Shown here: positions 20,870 through 32,071 of the stretch, piece after piece
Position numbering within the stretch: the stretch's first letter is position 1
How the letters are laid out: each line of letters starts with the position of its first letter
Source: the human T2T-CHM13v2.0 reference genome, Homo sapiens
Assembly (NCBI GenBank): GCA_009914755.4
Contig: CP086569.2
Coordinates: 17,760,001 to 17,824,000, forward strand
Direction of reading: 5' to 3'
DNA length: 64,000 nucleotides
Translations under genes and position numbers: made by a program
Notes under the pieces: generated by a model
What the model was told of the DNA's origin: nothing
What the model saw: only the letters and a program-made list of their open reading frames with translations
Database searches by the model: none

Positions 20870-21156
20870 ATTTTTATTTTTTAAGGCAGTGTCTCACTCT
20901 GTCAACCAGGCTGGAGCATGCAAACACAGTTCACTGAAGCCTTGACCTCTCAGGTTCAAAGGATCCTCCCACCTCAGCCTCCCAAGTAGCTAGGACCACA
21001 GCACATACCACCAAGCCATGCAATTTTTTTTCTATTTTTGAAGAGACAGGGTTTCACCATGTTGCCCAAGCTGGTCTCAAAGTCCTGGGCTCATGTGATC
21101 CTTCTGCCTTTGCTTCCCAAAGTGCTGGATTACAGGTATTGAGCCATTGTACCTGG
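20870..21156 (-). mobile_element. Alu SINE, antisense (older subfamily)
   Basis: ttttaaggcagtgtctcactctgtcaaccaggctggagc...gtgctggattacaggtattgagccattgtacctgg. Confidence 0.85.
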
Positions 21157-21169
21157 TTAGATTTTTCTT

Positions 21170-21330
21170 TTCCAAATAAAGCTACCATGAACATTCATGT
21201 GCAGGTTTTATCTGAACGTTGTTTTTATCTCTCTGGCTTAATTTCCAATGAATACAATTATGAGTTATATGTGTCCATGTATATTACAGTGGTTTCTTTC
21301 TTGATATTATTCTTAATCAACTTTTTATAT
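21170..21330 (-). mobile_element. Possible old L1 (L1M-like) ORF2 3'-region fragment
   Basis: gctaccatgaacattcatgtgcaggtttt...aatttccaatgaatacaattatgag resembles rc of the L1 tgctgcaataaacat.cgtgtgcatgtgtcttt block. Confidence 0.3.
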
Positions 21331-21739
21331 TTTACATGCATTGTTGGCAATAAGATGGACAGGTTGTTAACCTAAATTATTTAGGAAAACCTACACAAAC
21401 CCATATTAAAATTTTAATTCTTTTAACATTTTTCTTTGCATACCAAATGTAGATTTTCCAGACCTTTTTAGGTATCTCATTTGGTAGAAATGATTGCTTA
21501 TTTTATGTGTCTACCTTGAGAAATCAAAATGAATTGACTTATAATATTATACTTTTTATTTAAATTTTTAAAGTCCTTTTGGAAATTAAAAAACTGTGTG
21601 TTCTAATCACTAAAAGAGTCAGGAGAGCATATAGCACAGCTCCTCATTGTGCCATATGTGGAAATGGGGAAATGTGAAATTAAATTAACAGGAGGATTTG
21701 GGAGCACAAATAAAAAAGGCAAAGCAGCTTGTTGGGTAA

Positions 21740-24235
21740 ATCAAATTACTGATAAATGTTAAGCCTCCAGAACCTGTACATTTAAAATGGTTTACAGGTA
21801 AGCCAATTTGGGTAGAACAATGGCCACTAAGTAAAGAGAAACTGGAAGCTTTAGAGAAATTAGTTGCTGAACAATTAGAAAATGGGAACATAGCTCCAAC
21901 ATTTTCTCCTTGGAATTCTCCAGTTTTAGTAATTAAGAAAAAATCAGGAAAACAGAGAATGTTAACTGACTTAAGAGCCATCTATTCAGTTATACAACCT
22001 ATGGGAGCATTACAGCCAGGATTACCTTCTTCTGCTTTAATTCCAAAAAATTGGCCTTTAATTGTCATAGATTTAAAAGATTGTTTCTTTACTATCCCAT
22101 TAGCTGAACAAGACTGTGAACTGTTTGCGTTTACAATTCCTGCGGTAAACAACCTGCAGCCTGCTAAGCATTATCACTGGAAAGTGTTGCCACAAGACAT
22201 GTTAAACAGTGCAACAATTTGCCAGACATATGTGAGGCAAGCAATTGAACCTACTCTTAAAAAATTTTCAGTATTACATTATTCATTATACAGATGATAT
22301 ACTTTGTACTGCCCCCACTCGAGAAATACTACTCCAATGTTATGATCACTTACAAAATTCAATTTCTTGTGCTGGTTTAATTACCGATCCTGACAAAATT
22401 CAGACTAGTACTCCTTAATCCTACTTGGGGATATTAGTAAATGACACTACCATTGTGCCACAGAAAGTAACCATACATAGGGCTATATTAAAAACATTAA
22501 ATGACTTTCAGAAATTACTAGGGTATATTAATTGGATAAGACCTGCTCTAGGCATTCCTATCTATGCCATAAGTAATCTGTTTTCTATCCTTAGAAGAAA
22601 TCCTAGTCTCACTAGCCCTCTGCAATTAACAAAAGAGGCTGAGGCAGAGTTACAACTGATTGAGAAGCAAATCCATAAAGCTCAGATAAATAGAACAGAT
22701 CCAGAGAAGACTCTGGATTTGTTAATCTTTTCAACTCAGCATTTACCTACTGGTGTTATTGTCCAAGAACTGGACTTAGAAGAGTGTTTTTTCTTCCCCT
22801 TCCTAATTCATGGACTCTAACTCCTTATTTAGATCAAATCACTACTATGATAGGGAGTGGGAGAACTCGAATTGTTAAATTACATGTATATGATCCTGGA
22901 AAAATTATTGTCCCTCTCATGAAGGCACAAATACAGCAAGCTTTTATAAATAGTCTTACATGGCAAACCCATTTAGCTGACTTTGTGGATATTCTCGATA
23001 ATCATTTTCCTAAAATGAAGCTGTTTCAGTTGTTGAAATTTACTAATGGGATTCTCCCTAAAATAACTAAATTTAAACCAATTGAAGGTGCTGAGAATGT
23101 TTTTACAGTTGGGTCTAGTAATGGTAAAGCTTCCTATTTTGGCTCAAAAAGTAAAGTTTTCCAGACATCCTGTACTTCAGCTCAAAAAGCAGAGCTGGCA
23201 GCGGTAATTGAGGTATGGACTTCTTTTGATATGGCTGTTAGTATGATTTCTGATTCTTCATACGTGATTCATTCCACACAGTTAATTGGAAATGCTCAGT
23301 TAGGATTTCATACAGACAAACAACGGATGGCTTTATTTACCCAATTGCAAACAGCAGTTAGGAGTAGAATGGACTCTTTTTACATCACTTACATTAGGGT
23401 TCACACACTTCTTCCAGGACCTTTGACTGAAAGGAATCAAATGACTGATTGCCTAGTTGATACTGCAATGTCTAATGCCAGACACTTTCACAGTTTAACC
23501 AATGATAATGGCTCTGGTCTCAAACCAGATACAGCATTACCTGGAAAGAAGCTAAAGCTATTATCCAGTGATGCCCAACTTGCCAAATGGTACATTCCTC
23601 ATCTTTTACAGGAGGAGGTAATCCTCAAGGATTGGAACCTAAGTCTAATTGGCAAATGGATGTCACACATGTTCCCTCGTCTGGGAGACTAGCTTATGTA
23701 CGTGTATGTGCAGACAGCTTTTCTCATGTTGTTTGGGCTATGTGCCAAACAGGAGAGTCTTATGCCTGTGTTAAACTCATCTTTTGCTATGTTTTGTGGT
23801 GATGGGCATTCCAGCTTCTATTACAACAGATAATGCCCCAGGCTATACTAGCCAAGCTCTAGCTACCTTCTCTACGTGGAATATTGAACACATTACTGGT
23901 ACCCCATACAATTCTCAGGGACAAGCCATAGTGGAAAAAATGAATCTCTCCCAAAAACAGCAGTTGCAAAAGCAAAAAGGGAGAAACAATGTTGGAACAC
24001 GACAGATGCAACTGAACCTAGCATTATTAACTTTAAATTTTTTAAGCCTGCCCAAAGGCCAGATATTATCAGCAGCTGAACAACATTTACAGAAACCAGC
24101 TGCAAATACAGAAACAGAACAACTGATTTGGTGGAGAGATCCAATAACAAAAAGTTGGGAAATAGGTAAAATAATAACTTGGGGTAGAGGTTATGCTTAT
24201 ATTTATCCAGGCCAAAATCAACAGCTGATTTAGAT
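21740..24235 (+). pseudogene. HERV-K pol pseudogene (RT, RNase H, integrase), several frameshifts and stops; longest intact stretch 22784-23692 (302 aa)
   Basis: ORFs 21959-22297, 22425-22820, 22784-23692, 23587-23802 and 23784-24233 all have retroviral pol similarity, in shifting frames. Confidence 0.8.
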
Positions 24236-24299
24236 ACCATCAAGACACCTGAAACCTTATCATGAGCCAGATGATGAAGAAGTGACTCCAGAGGACCCC

Positions 24300-25361
24300 C
24301 CAGTTGCAGCCATGTTGAGACTGATGCTGAGGTGGACCCCAACTGTCATGAGCAACACCCATCAAACACAGCCACCCCCCTTGGGACAGACCAAGAAGCT
24401 GCCATAGATGGCAGAAGAAAACCTGAGGGAAGCAGGACAACCAGTCACAATGAATAATTTAATGGTAGCTATGATAGCGGTTATCACCACTGCCGTGAGT
24501 ATTCCTTCAATAAGGGCTGGTAATAATGTCTGGATGCAATCACTCTCACACAGCTACACATGCTTTCTGATCTCAGTATTTACCATAATAAATCTGCTCC
24601 TATAATTGGGGCATACCACCCTCGAAAACCTATTTGTAAACAGGATTGGACCCAGTTTGGAAAAAATGAAAGCACTTGTTTAAGAAGACTGCTTTACAGA
24701 ACAGGCAGAGGTGTTGCACAACAATTCCTATGGAATCATTATTAATTGGTCCCCTAAGGGGATGTTTAGCTTAAATTGCACATCTCAGTCTGCGTGCCAT
24801 GATCACACTATGTTCAAATGATCTGAACAAAATGGTCAGATGGTAGAAATGATAAGAAGTGTGGCAAAAGTTCCTATTATCTGGAACCATGGCGGTATAG
24901 TGGCACCTCAACCTCAAATGACATGGCCCGCTCTAGGAGCTAAACATAAGGATTTGTGGAAATTATTAAATACTCTTAATAAGATCAAAACTTGGGCAAA
25001 AATAAAAAAGCATCTAAAAGGACACTCAACAAACCTGCTTTTGGATATAACAAAATTAAAAGAACAAATATTTAAAGCATCCCAGGCACACATGACCTTA
25101 ATGCCAGGAATTAAAATACTTAAAGGAGCTGCAGATACATTAGCAACTAGTAAGCCATTTAAATGGATAAAAACACTTGGAAGCTCTGTGATTTCAATGA
25201 TGATGGTGCTTTTTATCTATGTTGTTTGTATAGTCTGCAGATGCAGATCCCGACTCCTGCGAGAAGTAGCTCACCATGACAAAGCTGCCCTTGCTTTTAC
25301 CTTTCTGCAAATCAGAGAAGGGAGAAATGTTGGGAGCAAGCCCCCCAAAATCTGGCCATAA
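24300..25361 (+). pseudogene. HERV-K env pseudogene with a large internal deletion (most of SU missing); TM region, membrane anchor and cytoplasmic tail retained
   Basis: Signal-peptide-like MVAMIAVITTAVSIP (24408-24605) and TM ORF 24840-25361 (LDITKLKEQIF...VISMMMVLFIYVVCIVCRCRSRLL). SU-to-TM spacing is ~650 bp against ~1.5 kb expected in HML-2-like env. Confidence 0.7.
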
Positions 25362-25851
25362 ACTGGCCCCAAGACTGGCCATAAACAAAATATCTGCAGC
25401 ACTGTAACATGTTCATAATGGCCTTAATGACCAATCTGGAAGGTTGTGGGTTTATGGGAATGAGGGCAAGGAACACCTGGCCTGCCAGGGTGGAAAAACA
25501 CTTAAAGGCATTCTTAAGCCACAAACAAAAGCATGAGCTATTCATGCCTTAAGGGCATGTTCCTGCTGCAGTTAACTAGCCCAACCTATTCCTTTAATTC
25601 AGCTCATCTCTTCGTTTCCCATAAGGGATACTTTTAGTTAATTTAATATTTATAGAAACAATGCTAATGACTGGTTTGCTGTTAGTAAATACGTGGGTAA
25701 ATCTCTGTTTGAGGCTCCCAGCTCTGAAGGCTGTGAGACCCCTGATTTCCCACTTCACACCTCTATATTTCTGTGTGTGTGTCTTTAACTCCTCTAGCAC
25801 CACTGGGTTAGGGTCTCCCCTACCTAGCTGGTCTCAGCAATTCTGAGCCAT
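25327..25851 (+). mobile_element. Putative 3' LTR of the HERV-K remnant (~520 bp, size class of MER9/LTR14-type HML LTRs)
   Basis: Polypurine tract agagaagggagaaa immediately followed by tgttggg... (TG start) overlapping the env C-terminus, as in HERV-K; ends ...ggtctcagca (CA). Boundaries are inferred and family is not identified. Confidence 0.5.
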
Positions 25852-26260
25852 ACATGAGTGACAGAGTCAAGAGTTCCTGAGAACATCTGCCCAAGGTGGT
25901 TGGGTTGCAGTTTAGTTTTATACGTTTTAGGTAGACAGAAGTTATACACAAAGTCATAATTCAATAAATGTAATGTATACATTTGTTCAGCCTGGAAATA
26001 TGAGTCATCTCCAGGCAGGGTTTTCCAGATCATAGGCCAATTCAAAGATGTCCTGATTGACAATTGGTTAAAAGAGTTAAGCTTTTTCTAAAGAGTTGAA
26101 ATCAGTGGAGAGAAATGCTTGAGTTAAGGGGGTTACAGAAGCCAAGGTTCTTGTTACATAGATGAAATCTGTAAGTAACATGGTTCAGAGAGAATAGGTG
26201 GTAAATGTCTCACTTTTCAGGGCTTAAATGTCAGACAGTTAAATCTCTCAGGATCAGGGA
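25852..26260 (+). mobile_element. Unclassified LTR-like repeat, a diverged homologue of the solo LTR at 44274-44738
   Basis: Shared blocks (cctga.gaacat.tgcccaaggtggt...gtttggttttatac.t..ga.acat.aga; ccag.t.ataggc; ctgatt.gc...aaag.g) with ~65-70% identity to 44360-44640. Confidence 0.4.
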
Positions 26261-27520
26261 AAGAAAGGGAAAGAAATTTCCTAAAAAATGAACATTTGTT
26301 TCATGAGCAATGGCTTTGCACAGCCATTTCAAAATATGTCAAAGAAAATCTATTTTGGAATAAAGTACTTTAATTTTATTTAGGGTCTGCAATCTGTCAT
26401 GTGATGCTATGCCAGAATCACAGTGGAATTTGGCATCTTATTGCCACAAACTGTCCATTTTGTCAGTCTTATGAGCTCTGTTTTAGCCCTAGGTCAATGT
26501 ATCTAAGCTCCAAAGGGAATGGGTATAACAAGGCCTGTCTGACACCTTCCAATCATGTCCTGAACTCGTTTTTCAGATTTTTTTTGAGGGGTATCCCTTT
26601 GGGCAAGAGAAGATGGGGTCTATTCAGTTGATTGAGGATTTAGAATTTCATTTCTGTTTTACAGTAGCAATAGAACCTTAATGACTACTCCATGGTCTGC
26701 AAAGTTACAACTCTAATTTGGATGTATCTGGATTCATGTAAGTACTTCCCAAATGAAAAAGTCACTAGGAGAATAGCAGAGGGAATTAGAGGTTGCCATT
26801 GATAACAAAGGATGCAGATAGAAATTAGGCAATCTTAGAATATCACAGAATGTCACTGTTTTTTTCAGTAGCTAACTCAATATCTGGCACATACAATGCA
26901 TGAAATAAATATTTATAAGTTGACATTTAGAAGACTAAATGCTTAACATATTATGCTAATTTTCATAAATCAGAGAAAAATCAAATTGTTATACAAATAA
27001 GAACTGCAAAATAAACTGTTTCAAAAATTCTGTATTTTTAACTATCACAATTTTTCTTCAGCACAATAATTTTATGATAAAAGACACTCTATTTATTGAT
27101 TAGAAAAGTCACAGATTTTTCTTTTTCTGTGTAGCTGTTAATAAGATAAAATAATTTAGCTATTATAATTAACCAAAAAATCTAAGACTGCCACAAACTC
27201 TGGACTTATCTGAAGATTATTAATAGGATGCTTATTAATAGTGGAAAAATAGCATCTCTGAATTTACAGATTAGACCTTCAATGTGTGCATTTTCCAAGT
27301 TTATTAATTTATATTATAAATTTTGTGTTGAAACAATTCAACGTTAGTGATTATTGCCCCAATGAATGCCTATTTTTGAATATTTTAATGATTTGTAATA
27401 GCAAATAAATTTGGAATTATTAACAAATGTAGGATAAACATGTCTCAATTATAAGATTTTGATTATAGCTATGAGTCTATATGATGTTCAGATAATCTCT
27501 TTAACTCTTTGGTTCAGTTG

Positions 27521-27645
27521 GACACAGTGGATTGAACCCCTAATCCTAGCACTTTCGGGGGCCAAGCGGGTGAATTGCTTGGACCCAGGATTTCAAGAGC
27601 AGCCTGGACAACAGAGTGAGACCCCATCTCTAAAAATTGATGTTT
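27521..27645 (+). mobile_element. Alu monomer (FLAM/FRAM-like) fragment
   Basis: ggacacagtggattgaacccctaatcctagcactttcgggggccaagcgggtgaattgcttggacccaggatttcaagagcagcctggacaacagagtgagaccccatctct. Confidence 0.7.
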
Positions 27646-27852
27646 CTCATAGCTGTTTCTCATGACTGAATATTAACATTAGCAACAAATTGCCAAAAAG
27701 TAGATCATTACCAATATTCCCTTCAAGCTCACCAAGTCTCTATTTTCTTCCAGTGACAGTTACAGATAGATACAGAGATACATAAAATATAAAGAATCAA
27801 AAGTTACAATCTAAAATGATTTTTATAGATGACTATTAACATTGTTGCTTGC

Positions 27853-28139
27853 GGACAGGCATGGTGGCTCATGCCTATAATCCCAGTACCCTGGGAGGCT
27901 GAGGCAGGTACATAGCTTGAGGCCAGCAGTTTAAGACCAGCCTGCCCCACGTGGTAAAACCTCCTCTCTATTGAAAGTACAAAAATTAGTTGGGTGTGGT
28001 GGCATCTGTAGTCCCAGCTACTTGGAGGCTGAGATGGGAGGATCCCTTGAACCCAAGAGGCAGAAGTTGCAGTGAGCTCAGATCATGTCACTGCATTCCA
28101 GCCTGGGCAACAGAGCAAGATCCTCTCCTCAAAAAAAAT
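27853..28139 (+). mobile_element. Alu SINE, sense
   Basis: ggacaggcatggtggctcatgcctataatcccagtaccctgggaggctgaggc...ctgggcaacagagcaagatcctctcctcaaaaaaaa. Confidence 0.9.
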
Positions 28140-28915
28140 TGCTGCTTGCAAAAATGACACTAATTAACAGTATTAGAAAAGTTTTATATTACAACAGTGT
28201 CGTGTGTATATATATTATTTATAGTTTATATATTCTTTATGTTACTTTCCTACACACAGACACAATCAGTCCCATTTGTCTTGTGCGTTCAAGCAGGAAA
28301 CCTCAGAGCATGTATTAAGAATTAATGATAAAGTCTGTATTAAAAAGCATTAGTCTTCAATCAATTGAATTTAAACTTGGGGTTCACTGGTCGCATTCTA
28401 GGAATAACTTATGTAACTAATTGTAAACTTCCAGTGGAAGGGAAGAAAGACAAAAAGACACAAGTTGCATTTATCCTACACATTCAATTAATGTTTGGAC
28501 ACATTTAAAGATCTGAAAAGCAGTATCTTTATTTTGTTTAGAGCTATATCTTCAGTAGCAACAACCATGGTTGGCATTTAGTAGTCCATATATATTTGTT
28601 GAAAAGTTGACTAGTTTGAGGTATTAAACTCATGACTTGAGTCACTGGCATAATCTCAGTGTGATGATACATTTTTATCCTCAGTCAGGTGATACCAGAA
28701 AGACATAGTGGCATTTATTACCTTACCCATGTTGTTGACTAATTATATGAGTGAAACCTCTCTAGCAGTAATTCATGCTACATTAATAACTGTTGTCATT
28801 AATCAAATTGTATTGATTACAAGCATGTTTAGTAAACCTCAGAAGCTAGTTGCTCCCCTACTCCACCATGTTACACAGAGCAGCTGTGTGGTTTCTCTTA
28901 GAAAGGTTGAAGAAG

Positions 28916-29187
28916 TTCAGGTACAGTGGCTCATGCCTGCAATCCCAACATTTTGAGAGGCCCAGATGGGAAGATTGATTGAGGCTAGGAATTTGATATC
29001 AGCCTGGACAACATGGAAAAACCCGATCTCTATAAATAAATTAAGAAATTACCTGGATATGGTTGCACAGACCTGTAGTCCTAGCTACCTGGGAGGCTGA
29101 GGTAGGGGGACCTCTTGAGCCCAGGACCTTGAGGCTACAACGAATCTTGATTCTGCCACTGCACTCAAGCCTGGCAACAGAGTGAGG
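28916..29187 (+). mobile_element. Alu SINE, sense (older, diverged)
   Basis: gttcaggtacagtggctcatgcctgcaatcccaacatttt...ctgcactcaagcctggcaacagagtgaggc. Confidence 0.85.
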
Positions 29188-29512
29188 CCGAGAGAAGGAG
29201 AGAGAGAAAGAGGAGAGAGAGGAGACGGAGAGAGGAGAGAGGAGAGAGAGAGAAGGACAGAGGGAGGGAGGGAGGGAAAAGAGAGAAAAAGAAAGAAAGA
29301 AAGAAAGAAGGAAAGGAAGAAAGAAACAAAGAAAGCAAGAAAGAAAGAAGAGAGAGAAAGAAAAAGAAAGAAAGAAAGAAGGAAAGAAAGAAAGTAAGAG
29401 AGGGAAAAAAGGAGAAGGAAGGAAGGAAAGAAGTAAGGAAGGAGGGAGGGAAGGAAGGAAGGAAGGAAGGAAAGAAGGAAGGAAGGAAGGAAGGAAGGAA
29501 ACGGAATAAAAA
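29188..29512. repeat. Polypurine microsatellite (GA)n/(GAAA)n/(GGAA)n/(GGGA)n, ~325 bp, derived from the A-tail of the preceding Alu
   Basis: gagagaaggagagagagaaagagg...aaagaaagaaagaaggaaag...ggaaggaaggaaggaagg; >95% purine on the + strand. Confidence 0.9.
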
Positions 29513-29842
29513 ACACAAACCAACAAATAGTAAACACATTTGTCCAAGGTGTTACAGAACTGAAATGTAGAATCTACATTTACAAGTATACACTTTCAAG
29601 TATACAACTGCTTTCCCATGGAGATTTGTTCCTTTACTAAATATGTTGGATTCTGGTGCTAAATGTCAAAGCAATGGCTGTTCTTGTGTTTAATAGCCTT
29701 GGTTGAAGGGTAATGTAGTGAGGGAATCCTTTCCAACACAAAAATATAGTTGGTTGACTGCCAACTTCAAAATACATCTTTTCAATCTTGCTCCTTTGTA
29801 GGATTTGTTTAGGTTCCATTTGTACCAGCTGGGGAAGGAAAA

Positions 29843-29900
29843 AAATATTATTAATTAATTAATTTATTTATTTATTTATTTTTTATTTTTTTTGCTTGAA
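29843..29900. repeat. (TTTA)n/(TTA)n AT-rich simple repeat
   Basis: ttattaattaattaatttatttatttatttattttttatttttttt. Confidence 0.85.
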
Positions 29901-30664
29901 ACTGATTTGAAATTCCATATTCTCTGAGGAATATGTGAAATTTCTGTCAAGCAGAGCTATTTCATTCAATCTGTTATCCCTGTGAATTTCTCAGAGAAAA
30001 GGGTTAGTTCTTTACCATGTAGAACAGCAGGATTCACAGAAGCATTTTACATGAAAAGTGACATGTTTCATCAAAAAACCACACTGAGACAAGAGCATTC
30101 CCTTGACCCCTTCAGCAGGATGAACTTGGAACAGGGGTGTGGCTCCTTTACTCCCGTTTGTAGGAGGAGGAGCACACAGGTGAGCAAGCACAGGAGCCGG
30201 GGAGGGTGTTTTTGGCTCCAGCCACACGGCTAAATGTTAGCCAGCTCAGCAAAGAGTCAGGATGACAGACTTTTACACCCTGCCCTCTTGGTACCTGGGT
30301 CCTTTTCATGTGTCCAGGAAGAATCAGGACAAACGGACTTGAAAAATAGTGAATGTAGAGGTTTTATTAAACAGTGGAGGTGGCTCTCAGCAGAAGGGGA
30401 GCTGGAAAGGGGTGGTTGTGGAAAGGAGGTGAACTTTCCCTGAAGCCTGGACATCTTTGGGCAAGCTCCTCTCCAAAGTTGTGCCATCTGAAGTTAAGCC
30501 ATGTCTATCTGTATTCTGTCACGCAGTTGCTTCTTCTCCTCTCAATGTTAAGCCACTTGTGTTTCTGCCAGCTGTGGTCTGGAGTTTATACAGGCACAGG
30601 ACAGGGAGGCAGAGTGGGCCAAAAAAATAACATTTGGGCAGAAAATCAGGAATAACTGTTCTCA

Positions 30665-31110
<446 letters not shown>

Positions 31111-31129
31111 TTCACAAACCTTATTGAGT

Positions 31130-31240
31130 CTGGGCACCATGGGTCACACTTGTAATCCCAGCACTTTTGGAGGTCAAGGCAGGTGGATCACCTAGCTTAG
31201 GAGTTCAGGACCAGCCTGGGCAACACAGTGAGACCTATTA
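31130..31240 (+). mobile_element. Alu left-arm / monomer fragment, sense
   Basis: tctgggcaccatgggtcacacttgtaatcccagcacttttggaggtcaaggcaggtggatcacctagcttaggagttcaggaccagcctgggcaacacagtgagacc. Confidence 0.75.
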
Positions 31241-31741
31241 AAAAATTTATTTAAATAAAGAGTAAATAAGAATACTCATTTGTAAATATGTAAGTAGGCT
31301 GTAATTACCATTGCTACCAAGTACTTCTTTAGACAAAATCAACAGTTGGTCCTGAATTCTCACTTCTATAAGGAAAATTTTTAAAGAAAAGAGTTGTTGA
31401 AAGTGTATCTTAAAAATTAAAATATCATTAAGTTAGTCAGGGTAGCTAAAAATGAGAACACTTGTTTTGCTTTGGTTTTATGTTTAGTGTACACCAAGAA
31501 CATTTGTCTTTTTTTTTTTTTAACTTGTTGTTTATTCCCAGTGATATTTTAAACCTGCTTGGATACCATGAGAAGAAAATCTAATTAAATAAAATTGAAA
31601 ATTATTTTTAAAATATATAGTGTTGTTTTTAGTGTGATTTGGGCATTAAGTTTCTTGTTTTTGCTTCTTTTTTTGTTTTGCTTTAATCTGAAAAGCATGT
31701 TAACTCCTCAAAATCAGAGGTCATTTGGAAGGAATTAAAAA

Positions 31742-32071
<330 letters not shown>

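Larger units (their letters stand above)
21650..25851 (+). mobile_element. HERV-K (HML-group, betaretrovirus-like class II ERV) proviral remnant. 5'-truncated: no 5' LTR, gag or most of pro. Contains pol, an internally deleted env, and a 3' LTR.
   Basis: Translated motifs match HERV-K pol and env from memory. RT: [113 protein letters not shown]. Connector: LKTLNDFQKLLGYINWIRP. IN: WQMDVTHVPSSGRLAYV..CQTGES; TDNAPGYTSQA..TGTPYNSQGQAIVE. Env TM: LDITKLKEQIFKASQAHMTLMPG. Confidence 0.8.

Noticed and set aside
22784-23692. 302-aa ORF (RNase H-integrase-like) as a possibly functional captured retroviral gene
   Set aside because: It is one fragment of a HERV-K pol reading frame that is broken by frameshifts on both sides (21959-22297, 22425-22820, 23587-23802 and 23784-24233 are in other frames). 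It has no independent start. This is ordinary ERV decay, not domestication.
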